Positions 27,241 through 39,075 of a DNA stretch of 64,000 nucleotides are shown piece after piece. Each line of letters begins with the position of its first letter. Position 1 is the first letter of the stretch. Under the pieces are notes generated by a model that had not been told where the DNA came from, did not search any database, and worked only from the letters and a program-made list of their open reading frames with translations. Source of the DNA: Flaccisagitta enflata. Its lineage: Eukaryota. The translations under genes and the position numbers were made by a program. The stretch is taken from positions 20,894,001 through 20,958,000 of the forward strand of contig OZ231126.1 of the NCBI GenBank assembly GCA_965153355.1, written 5' to 3'.

Positions 27241-27328
27241 GGTGTGATGGGTACCACTGCCAGCCGTTAGTGTGGTTAAGAGACTTGGTTCTTCGGTTGG
27301 ACGTGAACATTAGGTTGGTTATTATGGC
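27241..27328 (-). CDS. FReD gene exon 5 (AIITNLMFTSNRRTKSLNHTNGWQWYPSH)
   Basis: CTACAG acceptor, C|GTGAGT donor; phases 0/1 bridge exons 4 and 6. Confidence 0.55.
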
Positions 27329-27878
27329 CTGTAGATATCAGATTCCTTAGCACTTGAAAGAAAATGCTATACTAAGTGTATAAATAAGGTATGTCTTTTA
27401 AAAATGCCCTAAGACTACAGAATCGTTTACCGAATTTAAATCTTGTGAGAGGAATGGAAATGACATGTTTTGTCAAAATGATTGAATCTTTTTAATCATT
27501 AGAAAATCATTCCTCATATTCTAGTTGAGTCACAATGTTGGAAAAAGGTTCATTAAATGGTATTTTTAGTCGAGTGCTATGCGACTCTACACCCCAGGCA
27601 GTCGGTTGGTTGGTCAGTTGGTTGGTCAGTCAGTTGGTTGGTTGGTCGGTATTTGGGGCGTTTTTGAGCATTTTGAGCTCTTGGCTCCTGCCCAAATGCT
27701 TCAGTGACCTTCTCCATCACTGAGCCTGCCCACCCGCACACAACTAGGGTAGCCGTGTATCCGGCCTTGTTTAACTAGAATTTCATCCAAATTGGTAAAA
27801 AGGTTGCTGAGGAAATTGAATTTCTTTATAAAAAAGTAACAAAGCAGAAAAATCTACACCAAAACATCTACAAGATGA

Positions 27879-28150
<272 letters not shown>

Positions 28151-28339
28151 ACATGAAGGCGCGCACACACACCTTGAGTTTGAAAAAAGAAATTTTTCAA
28201 TACAGCATATTTATTGTTTCAGCACATTGCCAATGATTTGAAACCAAACAAGGCTACCCCAGACGCGTGCGGGGTGGCAGGGGCAGTTATAGAGAAACTC
28301 ACTTAGGTATCTAGTCAGGAGCTGTGAGTTTAAGAAGCG

Positions 28340-29290
28340 CAATAGTCGCAAAAGCGTTAGATGGTCTTGTGCCCTGCCTAAGTAGGTTGTGCTTGTTGAA
28401 GGGGAAGCAGGGCAGCGGCGCTGAAGGGATCGATGACCTATGCTTTCACACATGGGGAGTTTTCTCCTTCTCCGTCAGTGTACTCCCCCTCAAATTGCAG
28501 CCTCGAGGCCCGAATCCTAACCTCAAGGCCCAAATCCTATCCTGGAGGCTGAGATATGGCCTGGACGCTGAGATTCTTGCCTGAATGCTGAAATTTAGGC
28601 CTCCATGGTAGTATTTAGGCCTTGAGGCTAGGATTTGGGCCTGAAGGCTGGGATTTGGGTCTCAAAACTGGGATCTACACCTCAAGGCTAGAATTTGGGC
28701 CTCGAGACTAGGATTTTAGGAGGGATATGCTGAAGGAGGACAAAATTCCCCACATGTGTGAAAACATAGGTCATCAACCTCTTCGGGGCCACTGCCCAAA
28801 AACAGCAAAAAAGTATGAAGTTGCTAAAGCATTGAGCCTCGAGGCTGGGATTTGAGCCTTGAGGCTGAGATTTGAGCCTTGAGGCAGGGACTTGAGCCTT
28901 GAGGCTGGGATTAGAGCACGGAGGACAGGATTTGAGCGTGGAGGCTGGAATTTGAGCATGGAGGCTGGAATTTGAGCCTCAAGGTTAGAATTTGAGCCTT
29001 GAAGCTGGGATTTGAGCCTCGCTACTAAGATTTTAGCCTCAAGGCGGGAATTTGAACTTTGAGACTGGAATTTGAGCCACAAGGCTGGGATTTGAGCCTC
29101 AAGGTTGAGACTTGAGCCTGAATGTTGAGATTTGAGCATTTGAGTCTCAAGGCTAGTATTTCAGCCTCAAGACTGGGATTTTAGACTCAAGACTTGGATT
29201 TGAGCCCAAAAAGGAGTGAACGGAGGAGGAGTAATTTCCATTATGTGTGAAAACGTTGTCATCAGCCCTCTTGGGGTCGCTGCCCAAAAG
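28340..29290. mobile_element. Non-autonomous element(s) carrying a 20-21-bp minisatellite (GAGGCTGGGATTTGAGCCTC), bounded by GGGCAGCGGC..GATGACCTAT / ATAGGTCATC..GCCRCTGCCC inverted repeats
   Basis: Inverted boundary motifs at ~28410-28445 and ~28766-28797; a second array at 28835-29205. Related sequences at 9540-9780, 14551, 18814 and 56392-56970. Confidence 0.65.
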
Positions 29291-29439
29291 GAAACTGACC
29301 AAACAACCAACGGACCAACCAACTTACATAGCGGGTTGTAAAGTCATGTAGCAACTAAAAGCTGGTAAGAAAAAAGAAGGGTCAAGATTTGTTCATTCTT
29401 GTAACAGAAGACACTTTTTTCCAAGTCCCTTACAGATAA

Positions 29440-30041
29440 CAGGATGTGCAAAAAATTTGGCAAAATTTTACTAAGAACAATCTAAAACTGCTTTCAAATG
29501 ATTTTTTTAATCAAAATATAGATTTGATATGAGGATTGGACAGTTTCATAAATCCTTTTGCCCACAGGTTGCAAGATTTCATGAATTGAAATCACTGGAG
29601 GGGAGGAAAGGTCCATTTAGAGTGGTCATGGAGAAAAAAATTCTGATGAACAAAATAAAATTGAAACTGACTTTCAAATTGTTTTAGTTGATTTTTTACA
29701 ATTGTTTTAAGCCAATTTTGAGTTAAAATGACTGTATTGCTTCTATGATGATTACCCCTCAATGAATTGACCACTTTAGGGTACTGATTTGGATGTATCA
29801 TTAAGCTTAATGATTGATATCCTCAGCTTTGTTTTACTGGTAAAAAATCTGTGAAATGGGAAAATTTGACCAGAGCATAAGTCATTCCTGTTCTAACCAA
29901 GATTTTTCTTATGGAAAACTGCACATTCTAACATCTACAAAAACTAATTAAGAGGCTACATCCTGAATTTTATGTTACTAGGCCATCAAGAAGAGTGGTT
30001 TTTGTGCCCTAATGTTTTTGCCAAATTTTATGCACACCCTG
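29440..30041. mobile_element. Tc1-like MITE in FReD intron 4
   Basis: TIRs CAGGATGTGCAAAAAATTTGGCAAAA / TTTTGCCAAATTTTATGCACACCCTG. Confidence 0.7.
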
Positions 30042-30421
30042 TTAATGTCTGACCCTAATCTCATTTCAGATGATATCCTAACACTAACACAATGAGGCTT
30101 CACTGCCCCTGTCCATAGGCTTGATAGCTGATCTTGTAACCAGCTCGGACTTTGACAATTAAAAACTGTTGGAACTTGGGGGTTATCAGATGTCAGGAAA
30201 GAAGCCGCTCCTTTAACCCTATGTGACAGCGCCATCCAAGATGGGAATTCGAATTTTTAGTGGCGGACACGCGACTCTACACCTCTTCAAGTCGGTTGGT
30301 TGGTCCGTCCGTCCGTTACATTTCTGAATTGCGAGCGGTTTTTGCATTACTGCTCCTGCCCAACCGTCCGCGACTGGATTGCATCTGGCCTTGTTAATTG
30401 TTTCAATGAACTGTTATAATT

Positions 30422-30548
<127 letters not shown>

Positions 30549-30954
30549 CGCGCGCAAGTGTGTGTGAGTGTTCATTGTTCTGAAACAAAAATTATTTAAG
30601 CTGAAAACAAGCATCAACTTTGAGAAAGTGCTGCTCCTAAACAAATAAAGCTCTGTCAGCCAGATTGGTTTCATTTTAAAAAGTAGTTTAAAATCTTTAA
30701 AATATGATCAATCTGGGGTTTGTGGCTTTATTTGTTTAGGAGCAGTCTTCCTCCAAAATGGATTATTATTTTCTGGTTCATTTCAATGATGGTAAAATAT
30801 GATGAAAGCAGCAGTGACAAAATTTCCATTTCGGCAAACCTTTGATCACCAGGGGGTCATTTTTGAAAATTCCTACTGTATTTTTACACTTATAGTAACA
30901 TTTCCTTGAAAGTGCTAATGAGTTTGACGACTAGGTAAGGCGTAACAACCAAAC

Positions 30955-31139
30955 TAGTGAACATTGCAGATTGATCCGGTTCTCCAATTCCTCCATTCGT
31001 TCTTCCATCTTTTGCTTTGAATCATTTAAACGACTTTCTAACTGAACGAAACGTCGTTGAATCTTCTGAAGGTGGACTGAAGTTAGGCGTTCCGAGTTGT
31101 TCTGCCGACGTTCCATCACGTCGAATTTCTCCTCCAACC
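30955..31139 (-). CDS. FReD gene exon 4, coiled coil (LEEKFDVMERRQ...MEERMEELENRINLQCSL)
   Basis: TTCCAG acceptor, heptad-like E/K/R/L-rich frame (ORF 30931..31137). The donor GTTTGG is weak, so the 3' boundary is uncertain. Confidence 0.7.
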
Positions 31140-31239
31140 CTGGAATAGGTACAAGTTATTTCAGTGATGCTAATCTTTAAGATACACCTACACAGCACGA
31201 CAACTGCAGCTGTGTCTATTTAAGATGCCATCAGTCCCT

Positions 31240-31731
31240 CACTATGGATCTTAGGAACCGCCAGGACGTTTTTTGGATCACTCCAAGTTTCTCTTCAGTT
31301 TGGCTCAGTCCACTTGTCCACGAATCAAGACCCAACCATCAAAAAATATTTCATCTGGCACTTTTTGAAAAAAATCGCTTTTTGTAAAAAATGTGTTGCA
31401 TATGCAACACATGTACGTCGCATATATAACACATGTATGTTGCGTATGCAACGCATGTACGTTGCGTATGCAACATATGTACATTGCATATGCAACGTAC
31501 GTTGCATATACAATGTACATGTGTTGCACATGCAATGTACATGTGTTGCATTTGCAACGTACGTTGCATATGCAACACATTTTTTACAAAAAACGATTTT
31601 TTTCAAAAAATGCCAGATGAAATATTTTTTGATGGTTGGGTCTTGATTTGTGGACAAGTGGACTGTGCCAAACTGAAGAGAAACTTGGAGTGATCCAAAA
31701 AACGTCCTCGCGGTTCTTAAGATCCATAGTG
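31240..31731. mobile_element. Chapaev-like palindromic MITE, copy 2 (in FReD intron 3)
   Basis: Same TIRs as copy 1. TSD CCCT (31236-31239; 31732-31735). Confidence 0.88.
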
Positions 31732-31737
31732 CCCTAG

Positions 31738-32064
31738 TAGGGCGGTTACTTGAAGGGTGAATTTGGCTCAAAATTTAAAATTCCTCCGCCATCTAACCAT
31801 ACATGCTATGCGATATTTGGGCAGTAAATCAGACAAGCAGAGATCGGTATTTGATTAAGAAACCCGCACGGCAACACAATGGTAAAGTATATGAAAGCAA
31901 TTTTACGGCCATTGAAACTCTATAGTGTTGCCGTGTGGGTTTTCTTTCCAGATACAAATCTCCACTTGCCTCATTTCCATTCTAAATACGACTTAGAGTG
32001 TATGGTTAGTTGGCTGAGGCGTTCTAAAATTTGACCACATTTGACCCTCTAGGTAGCCTCCCTA
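31738..32064. mobile_element. hAT-type palindromic MITE A
   Basis: TAGGGCGGTTAC...GTAGCCTCCCTA. The 8-bp TSD GTCCCTAG is recovered after removing the two later insertions. Confidence 0.75.
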
Positions 32065-32065
32065 G

Positions 32066-32372
32066 TAGGGTGGTCCCGAATTGGGGCAAATTTCATATAT
32101 TGATATACTTGAGCCCTTTGCACAAATGTCCAATAAAAGAAGGATTTCTCACAAGCTGGGGTATGAAATCAAACAAGAAACCTTGTCGGCAAAACTATGG
32201 GGTTGCTATGGGGATTTTTTTATTGCCATAGGAAGCCTATAGTTTTGCCGCCATCGTTTAATATTCAAATTCAGACCTCTACTTGTGGGAAAACCTTCTT
32301 TTTTGGTACATTTATGCAAAAAACTAGAGTATATCATTTTTTGAAATTTGACCCTATTTCGTGACCACCCTA
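32066..32372. mobile_element. hAT-type palindromic MITE B
   Basis: TAGGGTGGTCCCGAA...TTCGTGACCACCCTA. Perfect 8-bp TSD CTCCCTAG (32058-32065; 32373-32380). Confidence 0.85.
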
Positions 32373-32390
32373 CTCCCTAGTCCCTAGTAC

Positions 32391-32564
32391 CTTGCATGAG
32401 TAAATCGGTGGCATTAAAGCGATAATCGACGAGTCTCGTAAATTCCGCGAACTTTGTTTCGAAGTGCCGCGTCCATTTGGTCAAATCCACTTGCACTGGG
32501 TAAATGTTGGCTTGAAACGTAGCTGAGTCGACGTCACGAACAACACGGCCAGTCGAAATCCCAT
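32391..32564 (-). CDS. FReD gene exon 3 (GISTGRVVRDVD...LLMQ), with a possible furin-type RVVR site
   Basis: TTTCAG acceptor, CAAG|GTAC donor, open frame (ORF 32377..32616), phases 1/1. Confidence 0.75.
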
Positions 32565-32922
32565 CTGAAATTGGGAATGATAAGGTTGATGAATGATGAT
32601 ATAGTGAATCGATCAATAAATGACACGGAATGAATAACTTCTCAATAAGTTAATGAATGAATGAATGAACGAATGAGTGAATAACTGAATGAATGAATGA
32701 ATGAATGAATGAATGAATGAATGAATGAATGAATGAATGAATGAATGAATGATTTAGATGGATGAATGAGTGACTGAAAAAAGGACGAATGTATGTGTGT
32801 ACATCGTTAAACTTCTTATGCATCACTGTAAACGTCCATAAGTGGACCGTCCGACCGTCGGCCCGCCTAGCAAACGGCGCACCTATTAACTATTGGCCTA
32901 TTTGGCCTTGATTTCAAATTAC

Positions 32923-32996
32923 CTTTCAAGCGACTGTCCGGTAAGGCCTCCTCGTAGACGCAGGGATTTGTTGACGCAATCGGTTCGCAATAAATT
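32923..32996 (-). CDS. FReD gene exon 2 (IYCEPIASTNPCVYEEALPDSRLK)
   Basis: TTTCAG acceptor, AAG|GTAATT donor; phases 2/1 fit the neighbouring exons. Confidence 0.7.
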
Positions 32997-33327
32997 CTGA
33001 AATAAGCAAAAACCGCTGAATGGAATCAATCAAATCTCGCAATTGGCGCCCGGTCAATGAAATTGTAATGAGACGTGTCCTTACACGACAATTCCGCCAT
33101 GTATTTCGCACCTCACTGGAAACACTGTCTGCTACACCTTTAGACAGTTTAACTGCCGGAGGCGCGATCAATTGACGCGGTCTGACCTCATGCAACTAGC
33201 ACTTGTTGTGGACATCTAGTCTTGATTTAACTTCGATACCAATAATCAGAAAAACACGAGACAACAAAACAGCGAAAGAGCGAAACAACCAAAACAGCAG
33301 CCCTAACCGCGCCAGCCAGGATTCTAC

Positions 33328-33377
33328 CTCAGGTCGTAAGTATTCACGAGGAGGAAAAACACTATAAATATTATCAT
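33328..33377 (-). CDS. Fibrinogen-related domain (FReD) gene, exon 1: signal peptide MIIFIVFFLLVNTYDL(R). Model: complement(join(24899..25412,25805..25904,27241..27328,30955..31139,32391..32564,32923..32996,33328..33377)), ~394 aa
   Basis: ATG followed by a hydrophobic stretch. Donor AG|GTAGAA, phase 2, matches exon 2. The total model is 1185 nt = 395 codons with no internal stop. Confidence 0.65.
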
Positions 33378-33862
33378 GTCGATAAACAAGCTAACTATTT
33401 TCGTAGGCTAAGAAAAAAATAAAACTAAACGTAAATCGGTAAGAGCTTCCCCTAGGTTGTCACAGTTTTAAACTCTTTGTTTGTTTTTGTTATTACGTTG
33501 TCATAGCAACTATACTTATGTTGCATTTCATTTCAACATGTGGGCAAAGATGAAAGAATAGGGATGGATAGACCGGGCCAACAGTAGTTACACAATATCC
33601 AAATTTTATTTACTTTGACCTTAAACGACCTGAGCTAGTTACCGGGAACGAAAATCTGAATGGGTTTGAATCCTGCCTAAAATACCCAATAAAACTGTGA
33701 GCCGCAGAGATCCCTAGCATCACATACAAAAATCTCTGGATTTACTTTGATCAACCCCATAGCTACCCTGTAAACAAAATTGCAAGGCTTTACTGCCCTC
33801 GCTTCTGACCCACTGGCATTGACCAATGTTACTATCAAAAATGGTCTAAGCGATTATCTTAC

Positions 33863-34260
33863 CTCAGGTCGCTAGTAAAAACGAGGAAGAACAAGGCCGG
33901 ATACACGGCCACCAGTTGCGGACGGGTGGGCAGGGGCGGAAATGCGCGTTTTACCATTTTTCAACTCGAGCGTGACCGACGGACCGACCGACGGACGGAC
34001 AAAGCCTCTTATAGAGTTGCGTGTCCGCAACTAAAAACACTGTGAATATTCTCATGTCGATGAACCAGTCGAAATTGATTAGTTCTCTGAGGAAAAAAAA
34101 ATCGATAAGAGGAGGTAAATCGGTAGAAGGTTGTCACAGTTTTCTGCTCTTTGTTTGTTTTTGTTGTTACGGTATCATAGGAACGAAACTAGTGTTGCGT
34201 ACATTTCCACGCGCGGGCATAGCTAAAAGAATGCCAAAGGATTCGATAGGCCAACAATTG
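33863..34260 (-). pseudogene. Diverged tandem duplicate of FReD exon 1 and its upstream region, interrupted by a HINE insertion
   Basis: ATG at 34055, MRIFTVF[insertion]FLVFTSDL AG|GTAAG. Alignable with 33326..33590. The insert puts a TAA in frame. Confidence 0.75.
33892..34033 (-). mobile_element. HINE inserted in a T-run of the duplicated FReD exon
   Basis: TAGTTGCGGACACGCAACTCTA, (GTCC/GTCG)n, GTCCGCAACT, GGCCGTGTATCCGGCC hairpin, TTG. The empty site is visible in the paralogous exon; no TSD. Confidence 0.85.
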
Positions 34261-34664
34261 CCTCATAATTTCCGAATTTCAATTTTTTCGACGAAACGCG
34301 ACCTGAGCAACAACCAAGAAACGGACACACTGACAAATGCAATATCATTTAGCAGCAAAAATGATGAACTATCTATTTTCTGATTTGAATGAGCTCTTCG
34401 CGCGTTGCATCGAACAAAGAGCAAAATTCCCTGCGACTTCAGGAAACAACAAGGCCGAATACACGGCAGTCCAGTCGCGGACGGTTGGGCAGGAGCTGTA
34501 ATGCGAAAACTGATCGGAATTCAGAAATGTGACCGACCGACAGACGGACGGGCCGACACGGCAAGGTGTATAGTCACGTGTCCGCCGCTGAAAATCAAAT
34601 AAGAATTGCAAAAACAAACAAGAATTGCAACGGAAGCGACTTCGTTTCTACGCTTTCTGTCGAT

Positions 34665-34682
34665 CTGTCTGTCTGTCGGTCG

Positions 34683-34756
<74 letters not shown>

Positions 34757-35246
34757 GTGTCTGTCTGTCTGTGTGTCTGTCTGTCTGTCTATGTCTCGCT
34801 TTCGCTCTCGCTTTCGCTCTCGCTTTCGCTCTCGCTTTCGCTCTCGCTTTCGCTCTCGCATTTTGCTCTTGCTCTCGCTCTCACTCTCGCTTTCGCTTTT
34901 GCTCTCGCTCTCGCTTTCGCTTTTGCTCTCGCTCTTGCTTTTGCTCTCGCTCTTGCTCTCGTTTTCGCTCTCGCTTTCGTTCTTGCTTTCGCTCACATTC
35001 GCTCTTGCTTTCGCTCTCGCGTTCGCTCTTGCTTTCGCTCTCGTTTTTGCTCTCGCTTTCGCTCTCGCTTTTGCTCTCGCTTTTGCTCTAACTTTTGCTA
35101 TCGCTTTCGCTCTTGCTCTCGCTTTTGCTTTCGCTCTCGCTCTCGCTTTTGCTCTCGCTTTTGCTCTCGCTTTTGCTCTCGCTTTTGCTCCCGCTTACGC
35201 TTTCGCTTTCGCTCTCGCTTTTGCTCTTGCTTTTGATCGCGCTTTT

Positions 35247-35330
<84 letters not shown>
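34665..35330. repeat. Compound repeat: (CTGT)n, 12-bp (CTCGCTTTCGCT)n, (CT)n
   Basis: Direct reading. Confidence 0.95.
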
Positions 35331-35334
<4 letters not shown>

Positions 35335-37699
35335 TTTTGTCTTGAAAAGGAAGAAGACGAATGAAGAAAATGAACGTCAAAAAACCAAACAGTGGCGACC
35401 TCCAAACTGACCTTTGAGACGACCCTTGGAACGCCTCTTCGTGACCTTCAGTGGGAGGGGAGGGAAGAGGGGAAAGAGGCTGGGTCGACGGTATTCAAAT
35501 ATTTGAGAGGGAGGGAGTATTGGACAATCGGATTGACTCAGTTGTTTAGGGAAATTATTGAATTGATTTTGCGTCGATTTTGTGCCTTAGAATTTTTAGT
35601 TTTGGTTTTAAAAAGGCTTTGAAGCTCTGGAGCTGGTAAGCGTGAAAATGAGGGGGACCGGATGTAGAAAATGACAAGTGTAAGCGAAGTTGTCTAATGA
35701 CGTCTTGTAAATCGAAAAGTAGCGCAATGTAAAATCAAGGGGTAGTTTCGTTTCTTAAGTCTAACTACCGGCGTTCAAATGGATTTACTGTTTGTATCAG
35801 TCGAGGTGCTGGATGGACGTAGAAGAGATTTGTTGTTGCACTAAAGAGTGTTTGGACGGAAACGAATAGAAAAGAACCCGTTTGCCGGTTTGGCAAAGAG
35901 ATGTGTTTTGCAAACGGCATCAAAAACGGGGTCGTGGGGTGAAGAAATGCGTGACCTTTCACGGGTCAAGTTATGGTCGCATTCCAATAGGATTTGCGCT
36001 CGAATATTCACGCAGTAAAAATCTTAAGTGGACGCTTTCAGAGTTCTCTTAACTTTCTGCCCCTTAAGAGTGAAAAATTGCCACTTCTGTATATTCTGTA
36101 AATTCCATAAAAAAAAAAAACAAAAAACAGTATTCAAAAAACAAAAAAAAAAAAAAAACTAAACTAAACAGCTCACCAGTGCTGCGCAATCATCACTTGT
36201 TCACTTAAGAAACAAACATTTTCGTCTTCACTCTTTTATCCGTTTCCGCTTTCCTGCAACAACCCTCAACCCTTCTCAATCGCAAACCAAATTCCTTTCC
36301 CCCCTGACCACTGGGCCCAGTTAAAAAAAAAATTGAAATGCAATACATGCACTCACGCGCACTCACGCACGAAGGCGTGCGCGTGCGTGCGTGCGCATCT
36401 CCGCGCTCGTCGTCGTCATCGTCGTCGGTCGCCCTCTACCGCTTCAGCGTTTCCCACGTCTTTCCATCGACTTTTGTTCTCTTTTGACTTTTTTATCTCC
36501 ATTATTTTCATAGAACATTTTCTGCAGGATTGATGTCAACCATCAAATTCAACTCTTGAGGCCTTTGTTGCTCGCAGCAGATGCAGACAAGCGGATGAGA
36601 GCACACGCGCATGTACAGTTTGCACAGTAGAGGGGGTCATAGAGTGATGATTTTGGAAAATCATTACAGAACTCCGGATTCTGAGGGTTTATTAAATGTA
36701 TGAAAGAGGGAAAAAAATTTTGAGCCCATAGGTATTGAGGAAAAATCCTCCAAAATGCGTCAAAGTTGAGGTGTCAAACCCGCGAAAATCACGAAATTTG
36801 CCAAAATTACATGTTTTACTTTTGTTTGTAAATTGAGTTTAATGGTAGTATTGACATTGGAATCATTCATAACATACCTCCTCTTACCTTATTTTATCAT
36901 AGAAAAGTTCAGTTTATCATATTCTCTCATGTAGATAGCTAAAAAGTAGGTCCGATTACTACCAAAAATAGGCCAAAATCATCAAAATTGTCAAATTACC
37001 AGATTCTTGCATGTTTCACTTCAGATTATCAAATGAAATAAGTCCTCAGAATCTTAATACAATCATTCTTTTCTAACAGGATACCTTTGATAAAATGATT
37101 ACTTTGTGTCTTTTTATGTTCATATCTCCACAGAAGAGTACTACAATGTCCATTAAATTCAACAGATTATACAAAGATTATCACTTCAGTGCTCAATTTT
37201 CTGCCTCCAGGACTTGCAACCTGGCATAGATGTTTTACTAAAGTTTTTGATTTTTTTTTTTTTTTTTTTTTGTTTTTGCTTTTGTTTTTGTTTTTTTTTT
37301 TTTTTTTTAATCAAATTTCCACAAAAATGTGGCGGAATTGGGCTAAACTGATAAAATGTTTGGCAAAGCAGCTGATTTTTAACCACTAAGGAACAGAAGA
37401 CAGAATGAATTTCAAAGAACAATGGGGCAAATTGTAAAACGTTCAACATTGAAGAATGAGGAATAAAAGGAATGTTAGAAGATGAGCGGGATCTGTGCAA
37501 GATCACCAAGACCTCAACTACCATTTTCAAAGTAAATCAAGGTGTCTGATAAAAACCTTTGAAAAAGTTGAAAAATTTTATATCAAAAAATCATTTTTCA
37601 AAATTGCCTTGCAAAGGTTTTTATTGGAGATTTCTCAAAGTCTTTTCAAGGTGAATATAAGGAATTTGGCTGGGATTTAACCTAACCCAGTGTCGCCTT

Positions 37700-38583
37700 C
37701 CCATTTCCCCACGCCATAAACAACATCACAGAAGCGATTACCAAAGAGGATCCTGGTATATTATCTCCAGCAAGATGGGGAACTATAGTCAACAAGTTCA
37801 TGCGGAAATACATTTCCACACTTTGTCCCTCTCGACCCTTTCGCCAGATCACCTTTTCTATTATACATTTCTGGGCTCCATCTTGGTTCCAAATCAAGAC
37901 TCACCCAAGGGCCATTGATGGGCCCAGGAATCTTCTGAAAATGGTTCAATACCTGCGAATACTTGAGCCAGATCTTCAAATGATTGTTCAAAAGGTAATG
38001 CAGCGTAATGCTTTTCTTTTCAGAGGCAATCTTGCTCTCAATGCTTGCAGATGAGGATGGTGAGGTAAGAGCACAAGCTGTTAACGCTATCCTCACCATT
38101 CGCATGAAGTCCAACCAAGGAGGCCCAGTTGAAATTCAAAGTGATGATGGCCGAGGAATGGATGAAGAAGATGAGGAGGATGATGCATTCCGATGGGAGC
38201 CATCAGAATACAAGTCCGTCACCTCTTCAACTGTTCAGAAATTTTTCATTCCAACTCTGAATTTTACGGCCAAGACATATCCAGAACTCATCAACTGGGA
38301 AGTGGCAAAGTTGACAGAACCCCCTCTGACCTTGGATCTCAATGAAGCTGAGTTATTAGCCATCAAGGAGACCCCTTTCGAAGTGTCCAACTATCCTTGC
38401 CACACTCAAGCTGTTGAAAAGGGTGTCAAGCTGGTTTCTGAGGCTTATGCTGCAGTGATTTGCCAAGAGGCACAAGAGGGTTTCATTTGCCAAAGAATTA
38501 AGGAGAGGAAGGTTTTGAACAAGTTTGAATCAAAAAAGGATTACTTCCCAAAGGTGGAAGCTGCCACTTCCTCAATGGACTGA
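37700..38583 (+). pseudogene. C-terminal fragment of a hAT-like (hATm/hATx-type) transposase, frameshifted near 38020
   Basis: Motifs PGxLSxARWxT, FWAPSWFQIK, VMQRNAF, ExILLSMLxD, PxLNFxAxxY, EPPLT and YPCHTQAVEKGVKLVSEA across ORFs 37800..38054 and 38008..38583, inside the TIR/TSD-bounded element. Subgroup assignment is from memory of these motifs. Confidence 0.75.
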
Positions 38584-38898
38584 TTTTTCTCAGGCTGACA
38601 AGTTTAGTCCGGGTCAACTTGCAAACATTGTGCCTAATTGCCCTTTTGTAACTGAGGTCTTGGTGATCTTGCACAGGTCCCGCTCAGTTACTACTCTCTA
38701 ATTGATACTTCATGTTCATTTCAGTCTTCTTAGTGACTTATTCATCACACTTGCATCCTTTCAATGCAGATTATTTTGCAAATTAGTTAATGATTCAATG
38801 CAACTTTCTGCCCAATTGCCATTTCATCCATATCAGTAACTGAGGTTTTGGTGATCTTGCACAGGTCCCGCTCAGTTACTATATCTCTTTTATTGATA

Positions 38899-39075
38899 CA
38901 GTTGAACCCCGCTATAATGGATCTAAAAGTAACAGAAATCCGCATATAACAGATCTTAAAATTTGATCCCTTGATGTCAATTTCTTTCAATTTCTATGTT
39001 GCCAATAAGGGAAATCCGCCTATAGTGAATAAAATTTGTTGGTCCCTTGAAATTCGTTATTGCGGGGTTTAACTG
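38899..39075. mobile_element. Tc1/mariner (Tigger/pogo-like) MITE nested in the hAT element
   Basis: TIRs CAGTTGAACCCCGC / GCGGGGTTTAACTG with TA on both sides. The paralogous empty site ATTGATACTT is at 38701. Confidence 0.8.

Noticed and set aside
32926..33195. 89-aa ORF as an additional FReD exon
   Set aside because: Its frame and phases do not fit; exon 1 splices directly in frame to 32996.
33764..33790. TACCCTGTA resembling the miR-10 5' end (also ~7485)
   Set aside because: The match stops after 9 nt and no precursor hairpin is evident.
35407..35970. TGACCT half-sites as a retinoic-acid response element
   Set aside because: No correct DR2/DR5 arrangement.
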